The translations under genes were made by a program, and so were the position numbers. A stretch of 64,000 nt of DNA from Waterburya sp. Its GTDB lineage: Bacteria > Cyanobacteriota > Cyanobacteriia > Cyanobacteriales > Xenococcaceae. The stretch spans positions 224,001-288,000 of the forward strand of contig CBDCJV010000002.1 in NCBI GenBank assembly GCA_965217895.1. Reading direction: 5' to 3'. Positions 50,024 to 60,200 of this stretch are shown here, one piece after another (the first letter of the stretch is position 1; every line of letters starts with the position of its first letter). Under the pieces are notes generated by a model that searched no databases, was not told the DNA's origin, and saw only the letters and a program-made list of their open reading frames with translations.

Positions 50024-52231
50024 GTGCAGACAAGTCCTTCGTGTTTAGGAAGCAAGGAGTTGAGGGAGAGTATTACCTCTGGCCCCTCTCTGTTAGATCT
50101 GTACGTGCGTCTTTCGACGCATACAGCTCCCGAAACTTTTAGCTGTCGCTTTTACGGTTGTGTATATAGTCATGACAGGATTCGTGTATTGCCACTAAAT
50201 TGTTATGACTCCAGTTGTTGTGATTTCCATCTACATGGTGTAGATTTACTTTCTCATTGCCTATGAGTTTTAATCTACAGGCTACAGATGAATGGTTTTG
50301 CCTTCTAAGGGCTTTAGAGGTTTCTCCATCGTATAGTTTGCTGTTGCGTTTACTCCAGTAAACTATATCTCCGTCAAATGGGGATTTATCTCCTTTGACG
50401 TTGATGAATTTATTTTCGGAGTATGGGACTTTTGGGAACGCTATATCCAGAAGTTTTTTGCTAGAATAACGGTCTTGTTTTGTTTGCCGATTAAATACCT
50501 TAAACGCTCTTTTCTGCATATAGTAGAGGCTATTTCTAGCCCCATCCATTTTGCAGTAGCAATGGTAGTTTCTCCATCCTCTAACAACGGCGGCTAGTTT
50601 ACTAGCCTTGACCGTCGCACCATAGTTGGAGTTATTGATGATAGATTTTGTTTTCCTATAGAAAGCTCTGAAGTTTTCCACCGAAGGTCGGCTTCTGAAC
50701 TTTCCATTCTTTTGGACTCGAAAATTCCAGCCCAGGAAGTTGAATCCATCTGTCGTTGCTGTCAGCTTTGTCTTTGTTTCGCTGATTTCCATTCCTCGTT
50801 TGGCAAGGAATTCTTTAACCTCATCAAGTATTTTTTTAGCATCGTCTTGAGGTTTTAGGATGTAAATCATATCGTCTGCATATCTAATACATTTTGATGT
50901 GCTTAATCCCCTGGTGCTTTTATATTCACCAATGTTCTCAATTGCGTTGAGTGCTATGTTAGCTAATAAAGGCGAAGCAACCCCGCCCTGTGGCGTTCCT
51001 TGTTCTGGAAATCCTACATTTGTTCCTGCTTTGAGGCATCTGAAGATGCCAAGCTTTAACCCTGATGGGGCAATTAGGTTCTCCATAATTGTGGAATGGT
51101 TGATTCTATCAAAGCATTTTTTAATATCAATTTCGAGTACTCGTTTATTGATACCTTTCACTCTCGCATTTAAGTTGTCGAACAGGTGCTTTTGCGCGCA
51201 ATGCGTGCTTCTTCCTGTTCTGAAACCGTAACTACGGGCGTGGAAAGTGGCTTCGTGTGCTGGTTCTAAAGCGTATTTTGCCAGGCATTGCCAAGCTCTG
51301 TCGCTAATAGTTGGAACTTTTAAAATTCGTTTAGTACCATCCTTTTTTGGGATAGGTATTTCCCGTAATCCTTGGTGTTTCCAATTATTAACTTTCAACT
51401 TTATTTGTTTTTCGAGTTCAAAGCGTTCTTGAAAATTCAAGTTACCTTTTCCGTCGATACCAGCGGTTTTCTTTCCCTCGTTTAGCTGTGTTACTTGCCT
51501 AATGGCTAAGAATCTTGCTCCTTGAGAGCGGAGTATCAGTTTTTGCAGTGACCTTGCTTTTTGCATATCTGCTGCTCGAACTGCTTTCCATACGCGCTTT
51601 TGTAAGCGGAAAGTCTCTTTTTGGAATTTCTTCCAAGGTAAGAATTCCCAGGATTCACTATTAACTGTGTCAATGTGTCTAATCATGCTTTACTCTAGTT
51701 TGTATGTTCTAAGTTCCTCAGACCAATTACGGTCTGTCCTACCCGAATCTAAGGGATTAATCCTCTCGTCTGGTCTACCGTGGATGCGACCTATCCACAG
51801 ACCTTAGATTCGTTTTTATTCGTTCCATTCGATTGATGTTTATTTCCTTTAGGTAGAATCAATTAAACCGCCTAAATCCCATACTCTTGCCAATGTCTTG
51901 GATAAAACTTGGCGGGATACATAGCTTAGGCAACCTCGGACTAGGAATTGCGTCCGTGTAGGCGTAGGTTTCTTTTCTAGGTTCTGTTTTACCGTGGGAA
52001 TTCCCTATTAGCGTCAGTGTCTTCTGCAATTGAAGTCTGATTACGCCCTGTTCCCAGCTTCGCTCTGTAGAATTCCGAGTCTACTCGGCGTGGGCAGATA
52101 AGGAGTCACCCGTGAGTTTCGGGGGGAGGGCTTGCACCTCCATTAATCGAACAGTTATCATCTAGCTAATGAAAACTAGAAGCCCTGATTTATATGGGTT
52201 TTATCTCACTTTCGTCAGGAACGAATCGCAC
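50024..52231 (-). mobile_element. group II intron (IIB/chloroplast-like), full length
   Basis: 5' GTGCG at 52231; domain V GAGCTGTATGCGTCGAAAGACGCACGTACAGATC; domain VI ending at 50057; EBS1 ATCCAA (51898-51903) pairs with IBS1 TTGGGT; EBS2 CGCTA (52009-52013) pairs with IBS2 TGGCG; the 3' boundary at 50024 is inferred. Confidence 0.88.
50139..51686 (-). CDS. group II intron reverse transcriptase/maturase with HNH domain
   Basis: KTAGIDG, IPKKDG..R.L.VPT..DR, SYGFR, DIKKCFD, PQGG..SPLLANI, YADD, FLG; C-terminal LHHVDGNHNNW...HESCH. Confidence 0.95.
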   Translation of the reverse strand: MIRHIDTVNSESWEFLPWKKFQKETFRLQKRVWKAVRAADMQKARSLQKLILRSQGARFLAIRQVTQLNEGKKTAGIDGKGNLNFQERFELEKQIKLKVNNWKHQGLREIPIPKKDGTKRILKVPTISDRAWQCLAKYALEPAHEATFHARSYGFRTGRSTHCAQKHLFDNLNARVKGINKRVLEIDIKKCFDRINHSTIMENLIAPSGLKLGIFRCLKAGTNVGFPEQGTPQGGVASPLLANIALNAIENIGEYKSTRGLSTSKCIRYADDMIYILKPQDDAKKILDEVKEFLAKRGMEISETKTKLTATTDGFNFLGWNFRVQKNGKFRSRPSVENFRAFYRKTKSIINNSNYGATVKASKLAAVVRGWRNYHCYCKMDGARNSLYYMQKRAFKVFNRQTKQDRYSSKKLLDIAFPKVPYSENKFINVKGDKSPFDGDIVYWSKRNSKLYDGETSKALRRQNHSSVACRLKLIGNEKVNLHHVDGNHNNWSHNNLVAIHESCHDYIHNRKSDS

Positions 52232-52317
52232 ACCCAATCGCCATGTTGATACTCTCTAATGCTTGTTTTATATGAATCTTATCAGGCTGGTCGTTTAAGA
52301 AATTTTGGAAAAAATGT

Positions 52318-53625
52318 TTATTCGTAGAATTTAACCAGCGTTCTACGAGCGATCGCTCTAGTCTCTAACTTATGATATTGCTCGGCTTGAGACATTTTAA
52401 AATGTAATAATTCGCTTTGAGAAAGATAATTTATCTGCTGGGGCTTAACTGGAATAAATTCCATTGCCTTAATAATCTCTTGGGCGACTGCTTTGGCTAG
52501 CAGAGGCGGAACAGAATTACCAATCTGCCGAAAGCCATGCCACTTAGTAGCATGAAGCATAAACCAATCAGGATAGGAATGCAGCCGTGCAGCCTCTCTA
52601 ACGGTAATACAACGGGGAGTAAGGGGATGAATGGGGCGAGGAGAAGTAAACGCTCCATGATTACTAGCCGTACCTGCCCTGAGGGTTGTACACAGACCGT
52701 TTAAATCTAGACGATGAAAATGACTAATGCGATCGCTTTTTCCAGGAATAGTTGCCGCAAATCTGGCAATAGTTTGGTCGGTGTGTTTGGTACGGCGACT
52801 ACAGGTTAAAAGTTCGAGTTTATATTCGCGCTGATAAGCGTAATCATCGTTTACCAAGGTTAGATTACGCAATTTACTAGCATATTCACTGGGTTGACCA
52901 TAATTGGCTACTACCCAATCTCTAAGCTCTAATTCAGGATAATTATTAGCTTCTGGAAGATCGCCAATAGCATCTTGTACGGTTGGGGTAGGAGGCAAAC
53001 CCCAATACTTTTTTGCTGAAGAATCTAGGGCTTTTTGAATTGAAGGCTGGGTTAAAGGTTGAGGATAATTTAGTAAGGTGAAACCCTGCCGACAGCCAAG
53101 GAGAAATAATCTGCGACGATTTTGCGGGACTCCATAATGGGCAGCATTTAAAACCTGATAGTTTTCCGCAACTTGATAGCCATAACTTTTAAACTCTTCA
53201 ATTATGGTCTGGAGAATTTTTTGATGTTTGCCGATGGTAATTCCCCGCACATTTTCCATCACAAAAAATTTAGGATTTAAATCCAAAACCAGGCGCAGGA
53301 AATGAGACACTAAGGAATTGCGATCGTCGTCAAAATTCCGTTTTCCCATCAGGGAAAAGCCTTGACAGGGAGGTCCTCCAAAGACTACATCAATATCGCG
53401 ATCGCCGATTGTTGATAATTCCCTAATTTCTCTGCCAGTGATTTCAGTAACGCTTTTGCAAATGGTCGTCCAAAAAGGAAAATTATATTCGTGGACGCTG
53501 GCATGAATTGGATCTAATTCTACTGCTGCTAAAACATCAAATCCAGCTTGTTCAAAACCGAGGGTCATTCCTCCCGCGCCAGCGAATAAATCTACAGCTA
53601 TTGGTCGTCGATCGTTAGTAGCCAT
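52318..53625 (-). CDS. C5-cytosine DNA methyltransferase (orphan)
   Basis: DLFAGAGG, GGPPCQGFS, MENV, PQNRRR, TVREAARL, QIGNSVPP. Confidence 0.93.
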   Translation of the reverse strand: MATNDRRPIAVDLFAGAGGMTLGFEQAGFDVLAAVELDPIHASVHEYNFPFWTTICKSVTEITGREIRELSTIGDRDIDVVFGGPPCQGFSLMGKRNFDDDRNSLVSHFLRLVLDLNPKFFVMENVRGITIGKHQKILQTIIEEFKSYGYQVAENYQVLNAAHYGVPQNRRRLFLLGCRQGFTLLNYPQPLTQPSIQKALDSSAKKYWGLPPTPTVQDAIGDLPEANNYPELELRDWVVANYGQPSEYASKLRNLTLVNDDYAYQREYKLELLTCSRRTKHTDQTIARFAATIPGKSDRISHFHRLDLNGLCTTLRAGTASNHGAFTSPRPIHPLTPRCITVREAARLHSYPDWFMLHATKWHGFRQIGNSVPPLLAKAVAQEIIKAMEFIPVKPQQINYLSQSELLHFKMSQAEQYHKLETRAIARRTLVKFYE

Positions 53626-53772
53626 TGCTTACCTCTAGAGGGATCTTTAGAGCCTGGTTTGATTAGCCGAGAAATTTGCTCTATTTTCTCCGCTCAATCT
53701 AAGATTTTAGTCTGATTGACCTAAAATTGCGTAGATATAGCAATATTGACTGTGCTTAAGACAATATAAATT

Positions 53773-53800
53773 GTAGGGGCGAACGACCGTTCGCCCCTAC
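53773..53800. repeat. REP-like palindrome
   Basis: GTAGGGGCGAACG-ACC-GTTCGCCCCTAC; related partial copy near 55757 and palindrome at 4224-4243. Confidence 0.7.
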
Positions 53801-53874
53801 TGGATTTATCTCGCTCTTAATTTATGAGATGATTAAAGGTTATTAACAGATTGTAAAGACAAAGGAGCTAGAGT

Positions 53875-54210
53875 GTGGCAGATATCCAATTTGCTAAAGG
53901 CGTAACTGAGGAGGTAGTCCCTAATATTAAAGTTACTCGTTCTAAGACAGGAAATACCGGTACGGCTACCTTTTATTTTGAAGATCCGCAAATTTTGAGT
54001 AAGGATAGCACGGAAGAAATTACAGGTATGTATCTGGTTGATGATGAAGGAGAAATTGTCAGTCGCGAGGTAAAAGGCAAATTTATTAATGGTGAAGCTA
54101 GAGCAATAGAAGCCGTTTTGATTATGAAATCAGAAGAGGAGTTTGAGCGTTTTGTTCGCTTTATGAATAAGTATGCTGAAGAACACGGACTAGGATTGGA
54201 TAAACAGTAA
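53875..54210 (+). CDS. psb28: photosystem II reaction centre protein Psb28
   Basis: IQF.KG..E.VVP, G.ATF.F, ITGMYL.D.EG, KFING, RF.RFM..YA. Confidence 0.93.
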   Translation: MADIQFAKGVTEEVVPNIKVTRSKTGNTGTATFYFEDPQILSKDSTEEITGMYLVDDEGEIVSREVKGKFINGEARAIEAVLIMKSEEEFERFVRFMNKYAEEHGLGLDKQ

Positions 54211-54304
54211 TTTATTCAGAATTCTAGCTGAAAACTGGGAAACTTTCGTTAGCAGTGCGAAATTTCCCTTAATTATTTTTAAGCTTATTGCACTTATATA
54301 CGCC

Positions 54305-54808
54305 ATGATTCCTCATCCCGATCCTGAGAATATTATTTTAAATTGCGCCGTCATTACGGTAAGCGATACTCGCAATAGAGAAACTGACAAAAGTGGTCAG
54401 CTAATCCAGCAATTGTTAACAGATGCTGGTCATAAAATAGCAACCTACGCCATTGTTAAAGATGAGCCTAAAGATATAGATGATTGGCTTAATAAGTTAG
54501 ATACCAATTCAGAGTTGAAGGTAATTATCTTTAGTGGCGGTACGGGAATTGCACCTAGAGATACAACTTATGATGTAGTCAACAACTGGTTAGATAAGTT
54601 AATTCCTGGTTTTGGTGAGATATTTCGCTATCTAAGCTATCAAGAAATTGGCTCTAGAGCGATCGCATCCCGTGCCGTGGCTGGGGTTAAAAATAAAAAG
54701 CTAGTCTTTTCGTTGCCTGGATCTGCAAACGCTGTAAAACTGGCAGTTAGCCAACTTATTTTGCCCGAAATAAATCATTTGGTTAGGCAAATTCAGGGCA
54801 AAAAGTAG
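54305..54808 (+). CDS. moaB: molybdenum cofactor biosynthesis protein MoaB/MogA
   Basis: ITVSD, DKSG, GGTGIAPRDTT, PGFGE, SRA, LPGS. Confidence 0.9.
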   Translation: MIPHPDPENIILNCAVITVSDTRNRETDKSGQLIQQLLTDAGHKIATYAIVKDEPKDIDDWLNKLDTNSELKVIIFSGGTGIAPRDTTYDVVNNWLDKLIPGFGEIFRYLSYQEIGSRAIASRAVAGVKNKKLVFSLPGSANAVKLAVSQLILPEINHLVRQIQGKK

Positions 54809-54853
54809 TTTAATTTTGAGTTTTGATGCAGTCTAACAATATAATCTGCGGAT

Positions 54854-55711
54854 TTAAACCAAATTGCGATCGCTCAATATCTCATAACCATCTTTGGTAA
54901 CTAACACGGTATGCTCAAACTGAGCCGATAAATTGTTATCTACAGTAACTACTGTCCAGCGATCGCGCAATGTCCGAGTATGTCTAGAACCAGCGTTGAG
55001 TATGGGTTCTATTGCTAATGTCATTCCTGCTTTTAATTTAACGTTGGGCATCCGCTTAGTACGATGATTAAATACAGACGGTGCTTCGTGCAGATTTTTG
55101 CCTACACCATGTCCTGTATATTCTTCTACTACAGTAAAGCCATTGGCTTTTACATGGTCTTCTACCGCCCCTGCAATATCTAATAGATGATTACCTGCTT
55201 TTACCTGTTCGATTCCTTTGTATAAAGCTTCCTCAGCAACTTTGATTAGCTTTATAGCGTCTTTAGAAACTTTGCCGACGGCAATAGTAATGCAGGAGTC
55301 GCCATGAAAGCCATCGCAATAAGCACCCGTATCTACTTTTAAGACATCTCCGCGACGAATTACTTTTTTATGGTTAGGAATACCGTGTACCACTTCGTTG
55401 TTAACGCTGGCGCAAATCGAAGCAGGGAAGCCATAATAACCTTTAAAGCTTGGGGATGCGCCCATTTCGCGGATACGTTTTTCGGCATATTCGTCTAAAT
55501 CAGCCGTTGTCATCCCAGGCTTAGTCATTGCTTCGATTTCTTTGAGAACCGTTGCTACAATCCTTGCTGAACGTTGCATTTTCTCTATTTCAGGTTCAGA
55601 TTTAATCTGAATACCACGAGGGTTACGATTCAGCACAGGAAGTCCATTGGCTGTTTTTGAATCAGAACTTTTTTTAGACTTAGGAAAGAGAAGATTAGTA
55701 ATAATATTCAT
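54854..55711 (-). CDS. map: type I methionine aminopeptidase
   Basis: [39 protein letters not shown] at 55711. Confidence 0.95.
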   Translation of the reverse strand: MNIITNLLFPKSKKSSDSKTANGLPVLNRNPRGIQIKSEPEIEKMQRSARIVATVLKEIEAMTKPGMTTADLDEYAEKRIREMGASPSFKGYYGFPASICASVNNEVVHGIPNHKKVIRRGDVLKVDTGAYCDGFHGDSCITIAVGKVSKDAIKLIKVAEEALYKGIEQVKAGNHLLDIAGAVEDHVKANGFTVVEEYTGHGVGKNLHEAPSVFNHRTKRMPNVKLKAGMTLAIEPILNAGSRHTRTLRDRWTVVTVDNNLSAQFEHTVLVTKDGYEILSDRNLV

Positions 55712-55796
55712 CAAATAGCTTTTTTTATATATCTTTAAAAAGTATATCGTTCTGGGTAAGGGGCGAACGGTGAGGTAGCACGGACTAAGAAGGTAA

Positions 55797-56726
55797 TCAG
55801 TTATGTTCTTTATATGCAGCATGAACTCCTTGGACATTGTACCAGTTGAGAAAAATGCGTGCTACTTGTTCGGCAAGTTGAGGTTGTCCACGGCTAATTA
55901 GCCATTGCAATAAAGGTTTAAGAGTACGTTCATTTAACTTGCCCCCTAATGATAATACTGCCCAAAGAAGACGATGTAAAAACGTCATTTGGATCATCAT
56001 TTTGACATCCAAGGTTGGATGTTTTTGATAGAAAATAACGCCCATTTTTCCTCTTTGAATTTCTTGTTCGATCATCTGCGGAATTTGTTCTAAACTAAAG
56101 GCAGGATGCCAATGATAACCAACAGCTTCAGGACACTTTATTAATTTTAAATTTAGTTTTTTTAAGCGCACTCCAAGCTCTAGATCTTCCCAGCCATAAA
56201 GTTGAAAACCAGTATCAAATAAGCCTGCTTCTGACAACCATTTACGAGCGATCGCAACATTACCTGTAGCGAAATAGGCTGCGGAAAAATCGGTTATTTT
56301 ATAAGGTTCAGAAGTAGGATCTTCAAAGTTATTAGTATTAATTACTGCACCATAGGTAAACAGGCGATCGCTTTTAAGTTCTTGTTTTCCTTTGACTAAA
56401 GCATCTGCATGGGACTGGAGAAAACTATCAGTAACTACTAAATCACTGTCAATAAAAACTATAGTATCTCCCTGTGCCTTTTTGACCCCTAAGTTTCTTG
56501 CTGCTGCTGCTCCTTGATGATTTTGCTCAAATATTTTAACATGAGGAAATTGAGCTTTATTTTCTGTCAACCAACTCAATGTTCGATCCGTTGAACCATC
56601 ATCAACTAAAGCTATTTCATAACCATCAATCTTATTATCAGTAAGCTCCTGTTTTTCTAAAGCTAGAAGGCTTTTTCGCAAAATTGGTAAACGATTATAG
56701 GTGGGAATTACTACACTGATATACAT
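55797..56726 (-). CDS. glycosyltransferase family 2
   Basis: [24 protein letters not shown]. Confidence 0.9.
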   Translation of the reverse strand: MYISVVIPTYNRLPILRKSLLALEKQELTDNKIDGYEIALVDDGSTDRTLSWLTENKAQFPHVKIFEQNHQGAAAARNLGVKKAQGDTIVFIDSDLVVTDSFLQSHADALVKGKQELKSDRLFTYGAVINTNNFEDPTSEPYKITDFSAAYFATGNVAIARKWLSEAGLFDTGFQLYGWEDLELGVRLKKLNLKLIKCPEAVGYHWHPAFSLEQIPQMIEQEIQRGKMGVIFYQKHPTLDVKMMIQMTFLHRLLWAVLSLGGKLNERTLKPLLQWLISRGQPQLAEQVARIFLNWYNVQGVHAAYKEHN

Positions 56727-56850
56727 TAATAAATAGGTTAGGCGAAATGAAGTTAACTGTGACTATAAAAGGTCAGAGGTCAAGGAAAGTATATTTAATA
56801 TTTATTTTACAAAAAGTTTTTAAGACCAAACTAAGTTTATCTAAAATAAC

Positions 56851-57663
56851 TTAAATCATTTTCTCTAATAACATTTTAATTGTGGGTGCATCTTTACTAT
56901 CTGGGGAAATTTTCAGGAAATACTCTAAATCCACAACTGCCTCATGCCAACGATTCATCTGGTAATATAGCAAACCGCGATCGCGTATTTCCAGAGCATT
57001 TTCAGGAAACAAATTTAAGATGCCACTGATGATGGTCAAAGCTTTATCTAACTTCTGCTGACGCAAGTAAATAAATTTTAAATTATTGAGCATTCGCGCA
57101 AGTATTTGTTTATTGCTCACGGGAACAAGTAAACTAGAGTCTAATTTAACTTGTGGATAAATTTGGTTTAGCTTTGCCTGAGCGTCTTGTTCAAATAAAA
57201 TTTCTCCTTGATTAAAAGCATCTACAAAAATTCCTGCGTTTTCAAATTGAGGACGAATCAAAAAATGTCCAGGCATTCCAATTCCTACCATCGGGAAATA
57301 TAGCCGTTTAGCAATTGCTAAATAAACTACTGATAGGGTTATGGGAATGCCTGTTTTTAGCTCTATTACTCGATTTAAAAAGCTATTGTCTGAATTATAA
57401 TAATCTTGACTGTTTCCTTGGAATTTAAAACAATCAAAAAGATGATAGTTGATTGTTTGAATAACTTTAAGCGGATAAAGTTTTGCTGGTAACTGAGGCT
57501 TTATCTCTGAAGCGATCGCATCTAAAACACTTAGATATTTTTGAACATCTAAATCTGGATATTCTGTTTGAGCATAATACAGTGAAGCTTTAGCCAAGTC
57601 TATCTGCTCGTCTGGCTGGTTAATCTCCTGATAAAAATTATGCCACGATAGTTGATTTTCCAT
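56851..57663 (-). CDS. SirB1/transglutaminase-like TPR protein
   Basis: FQGN..DYY...NSFL, GIPITLS, GMPGHFL, ARMLNNLK, RDRGL. Confidence 0.88.
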   Translation of the reverse strand: MENQLSWHNFYQEINQPDEQIDLAKASLYYAQTEYPDLDVQKYLSVLDAIASEIKPQLPAKLYPLKVIQTINYHLFDCFKFQGNSQDYYNSDNSFLNRVIELKTGIPITLSVVYLAIAKRLYFPMVGIGMPGHFLIRPQFENAGIFVDAFNQGEILFEQDAQAKLNQIYPQVKLDSSLLVPVSNKQILARMLNNLKFIYLRQQKLDKALTIISGILNLFPENALEIRDRGLLYYQMNRWHEAVVDLEYFLKISPDSKDAPTIKMLLEKMI

Positions 57664-57825
57664 GAAGCCGATTTTGGTTTTTTTGTTTATTTAAAATATC
57701 TTAGTATTTTTCGGTATTTACGGATAGATGTCGGCGATTTCGAGTAAAAATGCACAGGGAGCATCCCACTTTTAAGTTAAGCAGAAATACCCAAGAAGTT
57801 TTATAATCAAACTCTAAAAAGTAAT

Positions 57826-58494
57826 ATGGCAAAACTTACCGCAAAGCAAATTAAAGCTGGTCAATCCGTATATACAAAAAGAACTCTTTTAGCTTATGAC
57901 ATTCTTGTTCTAGGAATATCCAATACTCATATTTGGCAGTGTCAGTCTACAAGACTAAAAAAACATTACAATAAGTATGTTTCCGCTAATCATTTAGATA
58001 TCGGTGTGGGAACTGGATATTTTCTGGAGCAGTGCAAGTTCCCCTCTCAGACACCTCGTGTTGCCCTAATGGATCTAAACCCCAACACGCTGGCATATGC
58101 CTCGAAGCGAATTTCTCATTATCAGCCAGAAATTTATAGGCAAAACATTCTTGAGCCAATCTCAATAAATATTCAGCAATTTGATTCAGTTGGCATAAAT
58201 TATCTACTTCACTGTTTGCCTGGCTCAATCTCGGAAAAGGCTGTAGTTTTTGACCATGCAAAATCTCTGATGAATCAAGACGCGCTTGTATTTGGTTCAA
58301 CCATTCTTCAAGGTGGCGTACCCAAGAGTTGGGCAGCCCAACGGCTAATGAACTTCTATAATAAGAAAGGCATTTTCTCAAATACGGCAGATGACCTTGT
58401 AGGATTAGAAAAAGCTCTGCAAGAAAGGTTTAAAAAAGTGCAGATAGATATTGTCGGCTGTGTTGCACTATTTTCTGGGCGTTGCTCTTGGTAG
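57826..58494 (+). CDS. class I SAM-dependent methyltransferase
   Basis: HLDIGVGTGY, LMDLN, LLHCLPG. Confidence 0.85.
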   Translation: MAKLTAKQIKAGQSVYTKRTLLAYDILVLGISNTHIWQCQSTRLKKHYNKYVSANHLDIGVGTGYFLEQCKFPSQTPRVALMDLNPNTLAYASKRISHYQPEIYRQNILEPISINIQQFDSVGINYLLHCLPGSISEKAVVFDHAKSLMNQDALVFGSTILQGGVPKSWAAQRLMNFYNKKGIFSNTADDLVGLEKALQERFKKVQIDIVGCVALFSGRCSW

Positions 58495-58610
58495 CAACCT
58501 TTCTAAGTCAGAGACAGTCATGCCAATCTGGAAAACAGTTAGTTTAAAATGATTTAATTTTAGATTAAAGCATTACATTAAATGATTAACTCCCCAACAT
58601 AAACTGAACT

Positions 58611-59252
58611 ATGAGCGAATTAAATAGCTGGATTGATATTTCTTTAACCATTCATCCAGGAATGCCTTACTGGCCCGATAATCCCGCTGTAAATATTGAA
58701 CCTAGTCAATGTTTAGCTCATGGGGATGTGTGCAATGTTTCTAAGCTGACGATTGGGACACATACAGGAACGCACGTAGACGGTATCAATCACTTCATCA
58801 AAGGCGGTATGGGTATCGATCAAATGCCTCTAGAGGCTACCATTGGTAAAGCTAGAGTGATTGAGATTAAAGATCCTCAACAGATTAAGGTAGCAGAAAT
58901 TGAGCCTTACAATATTCAAGCGGGAGAAAGAATATTATTTAAAACTCAAAATAGTAACAAGGCTTTAAAATCTGACAAATTCATCGAAGACTTTGTACAT
59001 ATCTCTACGGACGCAGCAAAATATTTAGCTAAGAAAAAAGTTCGCACTGTTGGAGTAGACTATCTCTCTGTTGGCGGTTATGAAGGGAATGTAGTTGAAG
59101 TGCATCAGGCTTTATTAGGTTCTGGTATCTGGGCAATTGAAGGCTTGGATTTATCTCAGGTAGAGCCTGGAGAATATGAGCTTATCTGTTTACCTATTAA
59201 ACTCAAAGATGGAGACGGTGGTTTAGCTAGGGCAATCTTGCGACCCATGTAA
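58611..59252 (+). CDS. cyclase family protein (kynurenine formamidase-like)
   Basis: HTGTHVD, VGVDYLS, E.LDL, LP.K...GDG..ARA. Confidence 0.88.
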   Translation: MSELNSWIDISLTIHPGMPYWPDNPAVNIEPSQCLAHGDVCNVSKLTIGTHTGTHVDGINHFIKGGMGIDQMPLEATIGKARVIEIKDPQQIKVAEIEPYNIQAGERILFKTQNSNKALKSDKFIEDFVHISTDAAKYLAKKKVRTVGVDYLSVGGYEGNVVEVHQALLGSGIWAIEGLDLSQVEPGEYELICLPIKLKDGDGGLARAILRPM

Positions 59253-59334
59253 ACATTTTAAAATTTTTAATGTTTAAAGAAGAGCGATCGCTAATTATTT
59301 AAGGCGATCGCTTTTTCTATACAATCATTCTTAC

Positions 59335-59745
59335 CTAAAAAACAAGCAGATCGCTATTAGAAGCAACTTCAGCGATGCTAGCTTGAGCGTCAAAGTTATT
59401 TGAGGAAAACAGATCGTAACCGTAACTTTCTAGAAAAGAATCAATTTCTTGTCCGTTAATTAGCATCCCATTGTTGAGATCGTCAATAATGATATCTTCT
59501 CCTGCACTATCAACAATTACGTTGTTACCGCCTCCTGCGAAAATGATATCTTGACCTGCGCCACCGTCGATAGTGTCGTTTCCTCCACCACCAAAGAGCA
59601 AATTATTGCCGTTGCCACCACAAATTAAGTCGTCTCCTGCGTCACCAAAAATAATATCTTTACCATCATTACCATTAAGAGAATCATGACCATCCTTGCC
59701 GAGAATTAAATCTGGCGATCGCTTTATAATATATTGGTCAAGCAA
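59335..59745 (-). pseudogene. C-terminal RTX calcium-binding fragment of a disrupted secreted protein
   Basis: GxxGxDxI repeats; begins at a TTG immediately after the attC-like site, with no RBS. Confidence 0.6.
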
Positions 59746-59831
59746 ACATAACGGCTAGGTTGAGCGGAGGCTAATATCCTTTGCCTCCCCACCAAGATCT
59801 CTCGGACATCCGCTCCAACGTTTTGTTAGAC
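59746..59831 (-). mobile_element. integron attC-like recombination site
   Basis: Minus strand GTCTAAC-AAAAC-GTTGGAGCGGA ... TCCGCTCAAC-CTAGCC-GTTATGT: R''/L'' and L'/R' boxes with an extrahelical G. Confidence 0.7.
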
Positions 59832-60005
59832 CGCGTTTTCGTGACAAGCTTACAATCTCTCTTCCACTTTCAGCTTGTTGCTTTTGCAAGCCAGCAAAGA
59901 TGGCTCTTAAATCATGATTGAATGACCGAGAGTATTCTTCACGGGTTCTATGTATCTTTTCTATAAGATCATCCTGATACAGGATTAACCTCCAAGCAGT
60001 TCGTT
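59755..60005 (-). pseudogene. decayed toxin-antitoxin-type cassette: last codons of a PIN-toxin-like gene plus a 75-aa partner with CTG start
   Basis: ...NELLGG* then (L)YQDDLIEKIHRTREEYSRSFNHDLRAIFAGLQKQQAESGREIV... reading into the attC site (59755-59982). Confidence 0.55.
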
Positions 60006-60126
60006 AAAGGTTATTGCCAGTTCCTATTCCGCACCAAGGGCGACAAAATGATCGTGAAAGGTCGTGCGCGCCATAGCTAAAAACCAGTTGACCAAAAGCG
60101 TAGTCTTTCAACTTGTCACAGATGCT

Positions 60127-60200
60127 TAAAGATAGATCTCCTGCGCTAAAATCACCATCATTTTCATCTTCTAGGGTTGAACTATAAAATCTTGATTCAT
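60127..60200 (-). pseudogene. N-terminal CSLREA-type fragment, frameshifted
   Basis: ATG at 60200; restoring one T gives MNQDFIVSTLEDENDGDFSAGDLSL. Confidence 0.6.

Noticed and set aside
50024..50266. 80-aa plus-strand ORF at the intron 3' end
   Set aside because: Antisense to intron domains V/VI and the HNH coding region.
50139..51686. RT as part of a retron, DGR or CRISPR-RT system
   Set aside because: It is enclosed by group II intron RNA domains (GTGCG, DV, DVI, EBS/IBS) and has maturase/HNH regions; no TR/VR pair, msr-msd or cas genes were seen.
52318..53625. Restriction-modification system
   Set aside because: No endonuclease gene is adjacent; treated as an orphan methyltransferase. 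Its specificity cannot be read from the sequence.
54854..55837. 327-aa extended Map overlapping the glycosyltransferase
   Set aside because: The extension is non-homologous and overlaps the upstream gene; ATG at 55711 is more plausible.
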